Shown: positions 37,978-49,889 of the stretch, piece by piece | Position numbering within the stretch: position 1 is the first letter of the stretch | How the letters are laid out: each line of letters opens with the position of its first letter | Assembly (NCBI GenBank): GCA_044239025.1 | Contig: JBIICE010000001.1 | Span: 1-59,196 of the forward strand | Length of the DNA: 59,196 nucleotides | Direction: 5' to 3' | Source of the DNA: Verrucomicrobiales bacterium | GTDB lineage: Bacteria > Verrucomicrobiota > Verrucomicrobiia > Verrucomicrobiales > V1-33 | Made by a program: the position numbers and the translations under genes | The notes under the pieces: model-generated | Database searches by the model: none | What the model was told of the DNA's origin: nothing | Seen by the model: only the letters and a program-made list of their open reading frames with translations

Positions 37978-38058
37978 GATGACCGGAAGATCCGGCAGAG
38001 CATGCGCGCCCGGCAACACCGCAGGTGCGTGGACCTTGCGGCGTACGGTGGTGACAGC

Positions 38059-38913
38059 TTACTTCGCCGCCGCGGTGGCGGGGGCGTAGCCCGGCACGGG
38101 ATTGCCGGCTTCATCCAGTTTGCCGCAGGCCCACAGCAGGCCGCGGGTGACGAGATCGAGGTAGCGGTCGTCGCCCACGGTTTCGTTATTGTGACCGAGG
38201 CTCGTGCTGAAGATGCGCGTCTTCTTTTCGCCGTATTCGTGCGACCAGACGACCACGGTTTCCTGATTGTCCTGCTTCCCTTTGGCGAGCGTGGCCGCCG
38301 TTGGATACACCTGGATGTTGTTGTAGAGTTCCTCCTTGATGGTCGTCCAGTTGGCGAGGCCCTTGGTGACGGGATGCTTGTCGTCCGTGTAGGTCACATC
38401 GATCGGCTTCTGGGGACCGTGGCCGGTGCTCTGGAGACCGAGCATGTCGAACCACATGGCGTCCGTCGACCCCGGGGTGACCGGTTTGGCGATTTGTCCG
38501 ACGCGGTAGCAATGCATGGCGCAGTGCAGATTGACGGCGGGGACACCATTCTTGTGAGCGTCGAGGATATTCTGGACGTAGGCGGTGTCCTTGATGTCCG
38601 CCGAGCATTCGTCATGGATGACGACGTCGTAGTTCTTCGCCCAGTCCTTGCCTTCGTAGCAGGGGAACGTGGCCTTGGTGCTGGAGTCAGGGGAAAAGCA
38701 CACCGTGACCTCGATGTTGCCCCGGCTTTCAATGCCCGCCTTGAGGAGATCCTTCTGCGTCTTGTAGTCGTGGCAGCAGCCTCCGATCACGAGAAGTGCC
38801 TTGAGCGGCCTGGGGGCGGATTTGGTTTCGGCGACCGAGGGCATGCTCAGGAAGGCAGCGCATCCGAGAGCGAGCGAAGCGGCGGCGAAGGGGAGGAGAT
38901 GACGTTTTTTCAT
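38059..38913 (-). CDS. ThuA domain-containing protein, secreted
   Basis: Signal peptide, then KALLVIGGCCHDYKTQKD...VIHDECSADI...VNLHCAMHCY...WSHEYGKKTRIFSTSLGH. This is typical of ThuA-like class I glutamine amidotransferase folds. Confidence 0.82.
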   Translation of the reverse strand: MKKRHLLPFAAASLALGCAAFLSMPSVAETKSAPRPLKALLVIGGCCHDYKTQKDLLKAGIESRGNIEVTVCFSPDSSTKATFPCYEGKDWAKNYDVVIHDECSADIKDTAYVQNILDAHKNGVPAVNLHCAMHCYRVGQIAKPVTPGSTDAMWFDMLGLQSTGHGPQKPIDVTYTDDKHPVTKGLANWTTIKEELYNNIQVYPTAATLAKGKQDNQETVVVWSHEYGEKKTRIFSTSLGHNNETVGDDRYLDLVTRGLLWACGKLDEAGNPVPGYAPATAAAK

Positions 38914-38946
38914 GGAGATTCGGGGTGTGAGGACGGAGAGGTAGGC

Positions 38947-40416
<1,470 letters not shown>

Positions 40417-40542
40417 GGGTATTAAGGGGCTGCGGTGGAGTTGGATGGAGCGGATGGGAATCCGGAGGAAACGGTGGGGAGACTATCCGTGGATTGCGGT
40501 CAGCGGAAACTACGGAAACGCGTGGCGGATGGGGCGGATGGG

Positions 40543-41853
40543 TCAGTGGCCGGGCCACCATTGGTCGAGGCGCTGACGGAGCCGGGCGACTTCATCCGGT
40601 TTCTGCGCGGCGAGATTCTGCTGTTCCGAGGGATCGCTGGCGAGGTTGTAGAGTTCCGCGGGTGCGTCCGGCTCGTTGGGACCCGGGAGCATGAGTTTCC
40701 AGTGGCCGTCGATGGTCCAGCGCCAGCGGAGACTCGATGATGGTTTCTGGAGGTCGACAGCATTGTGGGTGAAGCAGGAACCGAAGACGCCGTTGCGCTG
40801 GGTGACGGCTGCGGTGTCGCGCAGGTCGAGTCCCGGCATGGACTCCGGCGGGGTGATTCCGGTGCAGCGGAGCAGAGTGGGTGCAAGGTCGATGGAACTC
40901 ACGGGTACGTCCGGCTGGGCAGGCGCGATTTTTCCTTTCCAGCGGATCATGATGGGGGTGCGCAGACCGCCATCGTACTGGGACTGTTTCGAGCGCGGGG
41001 CGTAGCGTGGGTTGCCGGGCGACTGGATCCAGCCATTGTCGGCGACGTAGGCGACGATGGTATTTTCATCGAGGCCACTGGAGGTGAGGTGATCCATGAG
41101 TTGGCCGATGGTTTCGTCGAACCATGCGACCATGGCCCAGTAGCGGGCGATGTGGATGGACGGGGTTTTGTCGAGGTATTTCTGCAGCAGGCGCTGCGGA
41201 GGCGTGTGGGGGTCGTGCGGAAGAAGCGGTGCGTACCAGACGAAGAAGGGCTTCTGCTGAGCGCGGGCGTTGCTGATGAAATCGAAGATTGGCTGCATGG
41301 ACTTGCGTCCGATTTCGAGTCCCTGATCGCCATGGCGGCCCCCGGTCTGCGGGTCGCCTTTGGTCATGCCGTGGGTGAAGCCACCGCGTTTGAAGTTCCC
41401 CTGCCACCATTTGCCGGTCTGAAGGGACAGGTAGCCATCGGCACCAAGGATTCTGGGAAGCGACGGCGCTTGGTCCATGAACTGGTTCATGATTTCGCGT
41501 CCGGCGGCGAACTGTGGATTCCGGAGTTTCGGGACACCGGGTTTCTCTGCGGTGGTGAGCGGCGGATCGTTGGAGGTGATGCGGTGCTGGTGCGGGTACT
41601 GGCCGGTGAGAATGGTGGCGAGGCTGGGGCAGCAGAGGCTTGAGGTGACGTAGCCGCGCCGGAAGCAGAGGCTTTCGGCGGCAAGCCGGTCGAGGTGGGG
41701 CGTCTGGATATGGGGATGACCCATGAAACCGTAGTCGGTCCATGCGTGGTCATCCGAGACGATCAGGATGACATTGGGCCGGTCGGCTGATTGGCTGAGC
41801 GGGCGAATCAAGCAGAGGGCGATGCCGATCAGGAGAAGGAAGGGGATTCGCAT
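40543..41853 (-). CDS. Sulfatase-family protein with a non-canonical active-site motif
   Basis: Signal MRIPFLLLIGIALCLIRP, then RPNVILIVSDDHAWTDYGFMGHP. The active-site region is SSLCCPSLATILTG (C-x-P-x-L instead of C-x-P-x-R). The start is ATG 41853; the track ORF starts at 42024. Confidence 0.85.
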   Translation of the reverse strand: MRIPFLLLIGIALCLIRPLSQSADRPNVILIVSDDHAWTDYGFMGHPHIQTPHLDRLAAESLCFRRGYVTSSLCCPSLATILTGQYPHQHRITSNDPPLTTAEKPGVPKLRNPQFAAGREIMNQFMDQAPSLPRILGADGYLSLQTGKWWQGNFKRGGFTHGMTKGDPQTGGRHGDQGLEIGRKSMQPIFDFISNARAQQKPFFVWYAPLLPHDPHTPPQRLLQKYLDKTPSIHIARYWAMVAWFDETIGQLMDHLTSSGLDENTIVAYVADNGWIQSPGNPRYAPRSKQSQYDGGLRTPIMIRWKGKIAPAQPDVPVSSIDLAPTLLRCTGITPPESMPGLDLRDTAAVTQRNGVFGSCFTHNAVDLQKPSSSLRWRWTIDGHWKLMLPGPNEPDAPAELYNLASDPSEQQNLAAQKPDEVARLRQRLDQWWPGH

Positions 41854-41911
41854 GGGATGACTCTGAGGGGTCCGGAGCGGTGGGGAAGATCCGTCTTTGC
41901 GGGGACGTGCT

Positions 41912-42247
41912 TCAGAAGGGTTTGCGGGGGAAGAGGAAGTAGTAAGTGGCCACGGCGGCTCCGGCGAAGAGCAGGACGAGGCCGAGCCATGTGAGGATCC
42001 GGCCCGTCCATTTGGCGCGGTCATTCAGGCGTTCCGCTGGATTGAGAAACGGGGTCGCGAGGGCGAGCAGGAAAGCTGTCATGATGGGGACGATGACCGG
42101 AGAGCCGCCGAGCAGCATGATGGCCGGGAAGAGGAAGACCCCGATGAGCAGGAGGAAGAGCATGAGGAGGCAGCCCTTGTCCGCAGTGTCGTGCACGGGT
42201 GTGCCCTTGTCCGCCGGAGCGGGGGAATGGTTTGGTGAATCAGGCAT
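41912..42247 (-). CDS. Small membrane protein, unknown function
   Basis: A 111-aa ORF with three hydrophobic helices. Its start overlaps the fmt stop by 8 nt. Confidence 0.45.
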   Translation of the reverse strand: MPDSPNHSPAPADKGTPVHDTADKGCLLMLFLLLIGVFLFPAIMLLGGSPVIVPIMTAFLLALATPFLNPAERLNDRAKWTGRILTWLGLVLLFAGAAVATYYFLFPRKPF

Positions 42248-43208
42248 GGGTTGACGGGAGTGGAGGGGGTGCGGAATTCATGCGTGCGCCGGTGCGGATG
42301 GGGTGTCCGCTGAGGAAGGCGCTGACGGGCAGGCGGCGGCGGCCCTCCAGCTGGAGTTCATGGATGGTGAGGGAGCCCGAACCGCAGGCGATCCGGATGC
42401 CATCGGATCCCGCGTGGAGGATGGTGCCCGGCAGCGGGCAACCCGTGCTGTGGGGATCGCAGTCGACCGGTGGGAACAGTTTGGCGCGGGAGCCGTCCGG
42501 CAGGGTCGTGGTGGTGCCTGGCCACGGATCGAAGGCGCGGATGCGGCGTTCCAGTTCGTGGGCTGGCTGGTTCCAGTCGATTTCGCCGTCGTGGCGGGTG
42601 AGTTTGCCGCAGTGGGTAGCAAGCCGGGCATCCTGGGGACGCGGGACGGCAGAACCATTGGCGATGGCAGGAAGGATGGCCAGCAGCGCCCCCGGCGTGA
42701 GTTCCGCGAGTCGATCGTGGAGAGAGCCCCCGGTTTCTCCGGAACCGAGAGGAATGGCCTGCTGATGAAGGATCGCTCCGGTATCAAGTCCGGCATCCAT
42801 CTGCATCACCGTGATGCCACTTTCCGGATCACCCGCGAGGATGGCCGACTGAATGGGCGAGGCACCGCGATGGCGGGGGAGGAGGGAGGCGTGGAGATTG
42901 ATGCAGCCGAGCCTTGGGATACCGAGGATGCTGCTGGGCAGGATCTGACCGTAGGCCATCACCATCATGAGGTCGGGTTCCAAAGCGGCGATCGCGTCGG
43001 GAATCTGGCGGATGCGTTCCGGCTGGAGGACGGGGAGTCCGGCGGCCAGCGCGGCGGTTTTCGTGGCGGGCGGCGTGAGGATCTGTTTACGGCCCACGGG
43101 TTTGTCAGGCTGGCAGATGACGGCTGCCAGCGTGACAGTGGGTTCCTTGAGGAGGGCCGAGAGCAGGGGGAGTCCGATGTCGCCGGTTCCGGTGAAGATG
43201 ACGCGCAT
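42240..43208 (-). CDS. fmt: Methionyl-tRNA formyltransferase
   Basis: MRVIFTGTGDIGLPLL N-terminus and the HASLLPRHRGASPIQ motif. The start is ATG 43208; the track ORF starts at 43334. Confidence 0.92.
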   Translation of the reverse strand: MRVIFTGTGDIGLPLLSALLKEPTVTLAAVICQPDKPVGRKQILTPPATKTAALAAGLPVLQPERIRQIPDAIAALEPDLMMVMAYGQILPSSILGIPRLGCINLHASLLPRHRGASPIQSAILAGDPESGITVMQMDAGLDTGAILHQQAIPLGSGETGGSLHDRLAELTPGALLAILPAIANGSAVPRPQDARLATHCGKLTRHDGEIDWNQPAHELERRIRAFDPWPGTTTTLPDGSRAKLFPPVDCDPHSTGCPLPGTILHAGSDGIRIACGSGSLTIHELQLEGRRRLPVSAFLSGHPIRTGARMNSAPPPLPSTHA

Positions 43209-43342
43209 GAAAACCGATGGCGCAGGCATGGCGGGATCCCAATCGCAAAATGAAGGGAACGGCATCCGGTCTGCAAATGGGTGCGAAGAAGTCTTGCCGC
43301 GTGCGGTGGACCGCGCCATGGTCAGGAAGATCACTTCGACAC

Positions 43343-44047
43343 ATGCTGCCCGAACTGGAACAATTGCTCATTCTGCAGGACAAAGATCAGCACCTGCGGA
43401 GACTGCGGCTCGAGCTGAAGAAACTGCCGGGTGAGGAAGAACGGGCGCGCGCCAAACTGGCCGGCGACACCGAGGCCGTCCGCGTCGCCAAGGAAGCGGT
43501 GCAGCAGAACGAGGTCGCCGTGAAGAACCTGGAACTGCAGATCCAGACCCGGCGGGACACGATCACGAAACTCAAGATCCAGCAGTTCGAGACAAGGAAG
43601 AACGAGGAATTTCAGGCCATCGGTCACGAAATCGAGCGCTACACCGCAGAAGTGAGCCGCCTCGAGGACGAAGAACTCGCCCTCATGGAGAAGGGTGAAG
43701 TCCTCAAGTCGGCCCACGCGGCGGCAGTCGCCGGGCAGAAGGCCACGGAGTCACTCGTGGAGGAAGAACTGGGGAGAATCGGGGAACGCCGGAGCAACCT
43801 GCAAGGCCAGGCGGCTGAATTTGAAGCTGTGCGGTTGGCGCAGTCGGCGAAGCTGCCCGGGGAACTGCTGGAGCGGTACGACCGGATTTTCCAGCACCGT
43901 GGCGATGCTGCGGTGGTGCCGCTGGAGCACGGTGTGTGCGGTGGCTGTCATATGAAAGTGACCGCTTCCTGCGTGGCTACGGCGAGGACCCGGAAGGTGA
44001 TCACGACCTGTCCCAACTGCGCGCGGTTTGTGTATCTCGGCGACTGA
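43343..44047 (+). CDS. Coiled-coil protein with a C4 zinc ribbon (zf-RING_7/DUF164-like)
   Basis: A long heptad-rich body followed by VCGGCHMKV...CPNCARFVYLGD. The start is MLPELEQLLILQ (ATG 43343). Confidence 0.8.
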   Translation: MLPELEQLLILQDKDQHLRRLRLELKKLPGEEERARAKLAGDTEAVRVAKEAVQQNEVAVKNLELQIQTRRDTITKLKIQQFETRKNEEFQAIGHEIERYTAEVSRLEDEELALMEKGEVLKSAHAAAVAGQKATESLVEEELGRIGERRSNLQGQAAEFEAVRLAQSAKLPGELLERYDRIFQHRGDAAVVPLEHGVCGGCHMKVTASCVATARTRKVITTCPNCARFVYLGD

Positions 44048-44057
44048 GCCGTCGGGT

Positions 44058-45146
44058 TCAGTGCAGACCGAGGACGGTCAGTTGCCATGGGAGCAGCAGG
44101 TCCGGAGCACGCGATTCGTCATCGGCAATTTCTTCGAGTACGGCACGTGAGCCGAGCAGGGCGGGGTCGAGATCCAGTTCAGCGCCCTTGCGGTCGCGGA
44201 TTTCCTTGAGGGCATCGAAGCGCTTCTCCGCTTCCGGATTCCGTTCGTGTCTGCGCCGGGTTGGCCGTTTGGGCCAGTCGGACTCCGCAACCTCGCGGGC
44301 GTCTTTGAGGGCCTTGTAGAAGCGGCGGTGAAAGGGCGGGGGGTAGCGGTCCGGAAGGCGGACGTCATTGCCTTCCTGAAGGGCTTCGGCGAAATTGAGC
44401 AGGTCCTGGTTGCCGATCACTTTGAACGTGGGGCGGTCGAGCCGTTCCGCTTCGCTGTCGCGCCAGCGCCACAGCGCCCGGAGGAAATTCAGGCCGGCTG
44501 GCCGGAGTTTACCGCTTCCCGTGATGCGCCACATTTCGTCCGGGTCGGGCGGGGGACGGTGCAGGACCGAGAGGCGGGCGTCTTCACACGACTGCAGGAA
44601 CCATTCCTCGCGGTCCAGTTCGCGCAGGCGGGCGAGGAATTTGTCGGCCAGCGGAATGATGAAATGCACGTCGTTGAGGGCGTACTCGATCATGCGGTCG
44701 GTGAGCGGGCGGCGGCCCCAGTCGGCACGCTGCGACTGCTTCGAGAGGGCGACTCCGAAATTCGATTCCACGAGATGGGCGAGGCCGAACTGGCGTTCGC
44801 CACAGAGGCGGGCCGCCACCTGGGTGTCGAAGATGCGGACGGGAATGTGGCCGTAGGTACGCCTCATCAGCGACATGTCGAGGTCGGCACCGTGGAGCCA
44901 GATCTCCGAGGAATCGAGGTAGCTCAGCAATGGGCTGAGGTCAGCGATCCCGAGTGGGTCGATGAGCACCTTGCGGTCGCCCACCCCCATCTGGATCAGG
45001 CAGAGTTTTTCCCGGTAGGAATGGAGGGAGTCGGCCTCGGTATCGAGGGCCACACGGACTCCGTCGCCATTGGGAATGGCGTTGAGGAAGCCATGGAGGG
45101 CTTCAGGAGTAGTGATGAAGTGGTCGGAGGCAGCGGAATCAGGCAC
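44058..45146 (-). CDS. rnd: Ribonuclease D
   Basis: DEDD exonuclease motifs (VALDTEADSLHSY, LHGADLDM, YALNDVHF) plus an HRDC-like C-terminus. Confidence 0.88.
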   Translation of the reverse strand: MPDSAASDHFITTPEALHGFLNAIPNGDGVRVALDTEADSLHSYREKLCLIQMGVGDRKVLIDPLGIADLSPLLSYLDSSEIWLHGADLDMSLMRRTYGHIPVRIFDTQVAARLCGERQFGLAHLVESNFGVALSKQSQRADWGRRPLTDRMIEYALNDVHFIIPLADKFLARLRELDREEWFLQSCEDARLSVLHRPPPDPDEMWRITGSGKLRPAGLNFLRALWRWRDSEAERLDRPTFKVIGNQDLLNFAEALQEGNDVRLPDRYPPPFHRRFYKALKDAREVAESDWPKRPTRRRHERNPEAEKRFDALKEIRDRKGAELDLDPALLGSRAVLEEIADDESRAPDLLLPWQLTVLGLH

Positions 45147-45181
45147 TGATGGACTCAGGGAAAAGGTGAATGGGGAATCGA

Positions 45182-46555
45182 TTACTGCCGCAGCCCCGTG
45201 AGGAGCAGTTCGGCGTTGGTGGCGGTGGCCCTGATGCTGCGGATCAGCAATTCAAGGGCTTCGCCGGCCGGCATCTGAGCCATCTGGCGGCGGATGGCGC
45301 TGATGCGGCGGAATTCGTCCGGATGGTACAGGAGGTCGTCCTTCCGGGTTCCGGACTTCTGCACATGGATGGCGGGGTAGATCCGGCGTTCCACGAGTTC
45401 ACGGTCGAGCTGGATCTCGAGGTTTCCGGTACCTTTGAATTCCTCGAAGATGACTTCGTCCATGCGGCTGTCGGTCTCGATGAGAGCGGTGGCGAGAATC
45501 GTGAGGCTGCCGCCTTCTTCCACCTTGCGGGCCGAGCCGAAGAATTTCCGGACTTTCTGGAGGGCGTTATGGTCGACGCCACCCGAGCCGGAGGGGCCTT
45601 TGCCACCCTGGGTTGAATTGTAGCCGCGGGCCAGACGGGTGAGGCTATCGAGGAGAATGACCACGTCCCGGCCTTTCTCGACGAGTCGTTTGCCGCGTTC
45701 GAGAACCAGTTCCGATACCTGGATGTGGCGGGAGGCCGCTTCGTCGAAGGTGGAACTGAAGACCTGACAGTCGACGGTTTCGCGGAAGTCAGTGACCTCT
45801 TCCGGGCGCTCGTTGATGAGCAGAACGATGAGTTCGATTTCCGGATGGTTGCGTCGGATGGAGGCGGCGATGTCCTTGAGGAGCACGGTTTTCCCACCGC
45901 GCGGAGGAGCGCAGATCAGTCCGCGCTGACCTTTGCCGAGCGGGGAAACAATATCGACGACGCGCGGGCCAACCGAACGGGTCGATGAGTTTTCCAGAAT
46001 GATGCGTTCGCTCGGGAACAGGGCGGTCAGTTTGTCAAAATGGAGCGGGGGCTGCCAGTCGGCGGCGGGTACGCCCTCGATGGCAACGATCTGGTCACTG
46101 CAGAGGCATTTCTCGCGGGGATCGCGGGGAGCGCGGGCAGTGACCGTGAGTTCAAGGCCAGGCCGCAGATTGAAGCGGCGGACGACGGGGATGGCGACGA
46201 AGATGTCGTCCTGGAAAGGGGCGAAATTGAAGAGCGGGTCTCTGATCAGCCCGAAGCCATCGCGGGTGATGTCGAGAATGCCGGTGGCATGGATGACGGA
46301 ACCCTTCCGGCTGTAGTGGCAGAGGATTTCGAAGACCAACTGGTGGCGGGAGCGGACCCCACCGATACGGAGACCGAGTCTGGTGCCGAGGTCGTAGAGG
46401 TCCTGCACCGGCATCCGGAGGAACTCATTGAGGGAAACGGACTCCGGGACAGGAGACGCCGTGTCTCCAGCCGATCCAGCGACGGAATGGGGAAGGCTGT
46501 TGTCCTCGGGTTGGGCTGGCAGTTCGGTCACTGCCGAAGGGTTTTCTTCAACCAT
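45182..46555 (-). CDS. rho: Transcription termination factor Rho
   Basis: Rho N-terminal and cold-shock-like RNA-binding region ([15 protein letters not shown]), Walker [19 protein letters not shown], and the C-terminal [12 protein letters not shown]. Confidence 0.95.
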   Translation of the reverse strand: MVEENPSAVTELPAQPEDNSLPHSVAGSAGDTASPVPESVSLNEFLRMPVQDLYDLGTRLGLRIGGVRSRHQLVFEILCHYSRKGSVIHATGILDITRDGFGLIRDPLFNFAPFQDDIFVAIPVVRRFNLRPGLELTVTARAPRDPREKCLCSDQIVAIEGVPAADWQPPLHFDKLTALFPSERIILENSSTRSVGPRVVDIVSPLGKGQRGLICAPPRGGKTVLLKDIAASIRRNHPEIELIVLLINERPEEVTDFRETVDCQVFSSTFDEAASRHIQVSELVLERGKRLVEKGRDVVILLDSLTRLARGYNSTQGGKGPSGSGGVDHNALQKVRKFFGSARKVEEGGSLTILATALIETDSRMDEVIFEEFKGTGNLEIQLDRELVERRIYPAIHVQKSGTRKDDLLYHPDEFRRISAIRRQMAQMPAGEALELLIRSIRATATNAELLLTGLRQ

Positions 46556-47136
46556 ACGATAAAGTGTTGGGTTTGGCGTGCGAGGCTGTCGGGCAGGCCG
46601 CCATTCCAGATGACGACGTCGGCGCGTCTGACTTTCTCCGCAATCGGAAGCTGAGCGGAAAGCATGCGGTCCGCGGTCTCGGGAGGCAGGGAATTCCGGG
46701 TGATGAGTCGGCTTTTCTGGGTTTGGGGACCGCAGGCGACAACGAGTTCGAGGTCACGGGCAATGGGAAAATTGGATTCGTAGAGCAGGGGGACGTCCAT
46801 GAGGAACCAGGGCTCCATGGAGGATCTGGCGGAATCGAGTGAGGCCGAGCATTCCGCCCGGACCATCGGGTGAAGGATCGCCTCGAGTGCCTGGCGGGCC
46901 CTCGCATCACTGAAGACGAGATCGCGCAGCCGGGATTTCACAAGGTCGCCGGATTCATCCAGCAGATTCCCCCCGAGAGACGCATTGATGGTGGCAGCGA
47001 CTGCGGGGCTTGTCAAGAACCGTGAGACGGCGGCATCGCTGTCGAAGAACGCTGTCCTCGGTTCCAACTGCAGGAAATGGCGGGCAAAGGTGGACTTGCC
47101 GGTGGCGATGCCTCCAGTGAGAGCGATGACCTTCAT
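46528..47136 (-). CDS. coaE: Dephospho-CoA kinase
   Basis: MKVIALTGGIATGKST P-loop start. The start is set at ATG 47136 because the terminator at 47197-47228 sits inside the longer track ORF (to 47232). Confidence 0.88.
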   Translation of the reverse strand: MKVIALTGGIATGKSTFARHFLQLEPRTAFFDSDAAVSRFLTSPAVAATINASLGGNLLDESGDLVKSRLRDLVFSDARARQALEAILHPMVRAECSASLDSARSSMEPWFLMDVPLLYESNFPIARDLELVVACGPQTQKSRLITRNSLPPETADRMLSAQLPIAEKVRRADVVIWNGGLPDSLARQTQHFIVWLKKTLRQ

Positions 47137-47196
47137 GGGGGGCGTGGAGTTGCCGCTGGGGGTGAAGCTGCGGGATGAGAGCAAGGGGATGGCAAG

Positions 47197-47228
47197 AAAA
47201 AAGGGGCGGAGTTGCCTCCGCCCCTTTT
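47197..47228 (-). terminator. Intrinsic terminator after the secretin gene (potentially bidirectional)
   Basis: Perfect 9-bp GC stem ggggcggag / ctccgcccc with loop ttgc. On the minus strand it is followed by TTTTTT (plus-strand aaaaaa at 47197-47202). It lies about 30 nt below the secretin stop at 47256. Confidence 0.8.
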
Positions 47229-47255
47229 CCAAGGGATTTCCGGAAAACCGGAAGA

Positions 47256-49787
47256 TTACTTCTGGATGATCGGCAGCAAGTCCGTGGACGGTCCTGGCGG
47301 GATGTCACTCGGAACCACTTCCGGATCAGGCTCGGCCGAACCGTGCAGATCCTGACCGGACGGATCGATGAGGCGACCAGTCACGTAGATCATGAGGTTC
47401 TTCTTGTAGTGCTCCTCGGCCTTCGTCTTGAAGAGGCGGCCGATGAGCGGGATGCTCGAGAAGATGGGGACTTTGTCCTCAACGGACTGCACATCCTCGC
47501 GCATGAGGCCACCGATACCGACCGTCTGACGGTCCCAGATGAGCACCTGGGTCGACAGTTTCCGGGTGGCGAACACCGGCTGGAGGATCTTGTTCTCCGT
47601 GAGCACCACGGGCTCCGACTGACCGAGGGCATTGGTGCCGGTGGTCTGAATGGGGCTTCCGTAGTTGATGAACCCTTCGAACTCGATGATTTCGGGGGCC
47701 AGCTGGAGGTCGATCGTGTAGCCGTCGTCGCCGACGGTAGCCTCGACTTCCATCGTGACTCCGGTGTTGCGGAACTGGAAGCTGTTCGGGTTGGCGGGAG
47801 TCACCGGGAAGGAGCCGCCCTGCTGGGCTCCACCACCGAGTCCACCACCACCACCGATGCCGATACCGCCACCGAAGTTCTGCGGGATCTGTGGAGGGTC
47901 ATACTCCGTGGGGTACGGGAACTCTCGGATGATCTCGATCTTCGAGCGTTGTCCGCCGCGCACAATCACGCTCGGAGCCGTCATCAGGTCCACGCCCTTC
48001 TTCTGAGAGAGGGCACGCATGACCATCTGGAACTGCGGGTCGGTGAAGACGCCGGCCAGCGCAAAGGTGGCAGGGGAGACCGAACCAGCCGCCGTGGCTG
48101 ATCCACCGCCGAGGAGTGCGTCGATAGCACCGCGGGAGATGGCATCGGATCCGAAACGGAGGCCGCGGGTGAGCGGGTTGCTGCCGACCGGGGATCCGCC
48201 GAGGCCTGGATTGACGAAGCTGTAGTCACCGGAATCGAGCGGGCTGGCATTGCCGCTGGTGCCGCCACCTGCGAAGACGCCGTCGCCGCCCACGTTGAAG
48301 GCGCCGACGAGCCAGTCGAAGCCGAGTTCATCGGTGTTGCGCTGGCTGACTTCCACGAACTTGGTCGTGATGAAGACCTGCTTCACGGAACCCGAGACCA
48401 CCATACCATCGACCAGGGTTTCCACGAGGTCGAGTTGCTCAAAGGTATTGCGGACGATCAGGCGGCCCGTGGAAGGATCGAACGAGGCCATGGTTCCTTC
48501 CGGGAACTGAACACCGAGGGAGGAAAGGACCTCCTTGGCATTCGGTTTGCCCTTCAGTTTGGGACCGGAATCGGCTTCGGCACCACCGCCTGCGAATGGA
48601 TCGGCAGGACCAGCGGCATCCGCTTCGCCACCACCACCGGCACCACGGCTCAGGAAGTCCGGGGGAGCGCGGAACGTGCGGGTCGTCATGCTGCCACCCG
48701 TGCCTTCGGCAGCGGGGACGATCACGACGGCATTCGGCTGAATGTCGTAGCGCATGTTGGCGACTTCCGCGATGCTCTTGATGGCATCGAGGAGTTTGAC
48801 GCTGCGCAGTTCAAGCGTCACCGGCTTGGCTCCGGTGGTGCTCTTCACGATGAAGTCCACGCCGCGCTGATTCGGATCGGCGCTGGTGGTGTCCGACTCG
48901 ATGCTCTTGCGCTTCAGGTAGCTGATGACTTCGTCGATGGCCGCTTCGTTGAATTGAATGCGGTCGATGGTGATGTTGTTCAGCTTGAAGGTGATCGGGG
49001 CGGAATTGGCGTCATCGATCACGTCGCCCTGAACCTTGGGAATGTTGGCTCCGCCGGGGACTGGGGTGACCCACATGGCATCGACCTCATTGAGCATCTT
49101 GATGCGGGTGTGGTCGCGGGCCGAGCGGTAGTAATTCGACTTCTCGCGTTCCGTGCGCTCGAGCTGGCGGCGGGCAGCGGTGTTGTACGGGTCGATGGCG
49201 AGGACACGGTTGAACTGGTCTTCGGCCTGCTTGTACTGGCCGAGTTCGTAGTATCCGAGGCCCATGCGGAGGAGACGGCGCACTTCTTCCGTGTTCTGGT
49301 AGTGCTTCTCGCTCATCGCCTGATTGAAGATGTCCGGATCGTCGAGATCCTTCATCAGCTTCTTGGCTTCCGCGTTGTTTGGATCGACATTTTCGGCGAG
49401 GACTTCGTTGAGGAGTCCTTTCGCTTTGTCGACGCCGCCACGGTGACCGAGGTCACGGGCGTGATTCACCGCGGCGCGGGAGAATTTGGCGATGACGCGG
49501 TTGCGGTCGACGGCGTTGACGGATCCCAGCGGGATGAGCTGGAGGGCTGTGCGGTACTTGCCGACAGCGCCTTCGTAATCCTGGTCGAGCATCATCTGAT
49601 CGCCCTCGGCTTCCGCGGAGAGCGCCTCAGCGACCCGCTGCTGGCGTTTGATGATTTCCAACTCAACGATGGACGAACCGCCGTAGCTACCTCCCGTGCC
49701 GGCAACGGAGACCGATGGGCACGCGGTGGCGCAGGCTAGTCCGGCAATCATTGCCTGACGATGCAGATTCAGCACTGGCTTTCTCAT
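47256..49787 (-). CDS. Secretin (PilQ/GspD family) with N-terminal TPR region
   Basis: An 843-aa ORF with a signal peptide and TPR-like repeats near the N-terminus. The secretin C-domain ends ...VEDKVPIFSSIPLIGRLFKTKAEEHYKKNLMIYVTGRLI. Confidence 0.88.
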   Translation of the reverse strand: MRKPVLNLHRQAMIAGLACATACPSVSVAGTGGSYGGSSIVELEIIKRQQRVAEALSAEAEGDQMMLDQDYEGAVGKYRTALQLIPLGSVNAVDRNRVIAKFSRAAVNHARDLGHRGGVDKAKGLLNEVLAENVDPNNAEAKKLMKDLDDPDIFNQAMSEKHYQNTEEVRRLLRMGLGYYELGQYKQAEDQFNRVLAIDPYNTAARRQLERTEREKSNYYRSARDHTRIKMLNEVDAMWVTPVPGGANIPKVQGDVIDDANSAPITFKLNNITIDRIQFNEAAIDEVISYLKRKSIESDTTSADPNQRGVDFIVKSTTGAKPVTLELRSVKLLDAIKSIAEVANMRYDIQPNAVVIVPAAEGTGGSMTTRTFRAPPDFLSRGAGGGGEADAAGPADPFAGGGAEADSGPKLKGKPNAKEVLSSLGVQFPEGTMASFDPSTGRLIVRNTFEQLDLVETLVDGMVVSGSVKQVFITTKFVEVSQRNTDELGFDWLVGAFNVGGDGVFAGGGTSGNASPLDSGDYSFVNPGLGGSPVGSNPLTRGLRFGSDAISRGAIDALLGGGSATAAGSVSPATFALAGVFTDPQFQMVMRALSQKKGVDLMTAPSVIVRGGQRSKIEIIREFPYPTEYDPPQIPQNFGGGIGIGGGGGLGGGAQQGGSFPVTPANPNSFQFRNTGVTMEVEATVGDDGYTIDLQLAPEIIEFEGFINYGSPIQTTGTNALGQSEPVVLTENKILQPVFATRKLSTQVLIWDRQTVGIGGLMREDVQSVEDKVPIFSSIPLIGRLFKTKAEEHYKKNLMIYVTGRLIDPSGQDLHGSAEPDPEVVPSDIPPGPSTDLLPIIQK

Positions 49788-49889
49788 GAGTTCAAAGAGG
49801 TTATCAGGGTTGGGGAGTAAAATTCAATGAAAACTTAGGGTTGTTGGGAATTTCCGTGGATATTTATGGCAGACGAGGCGGGCAGGTGG

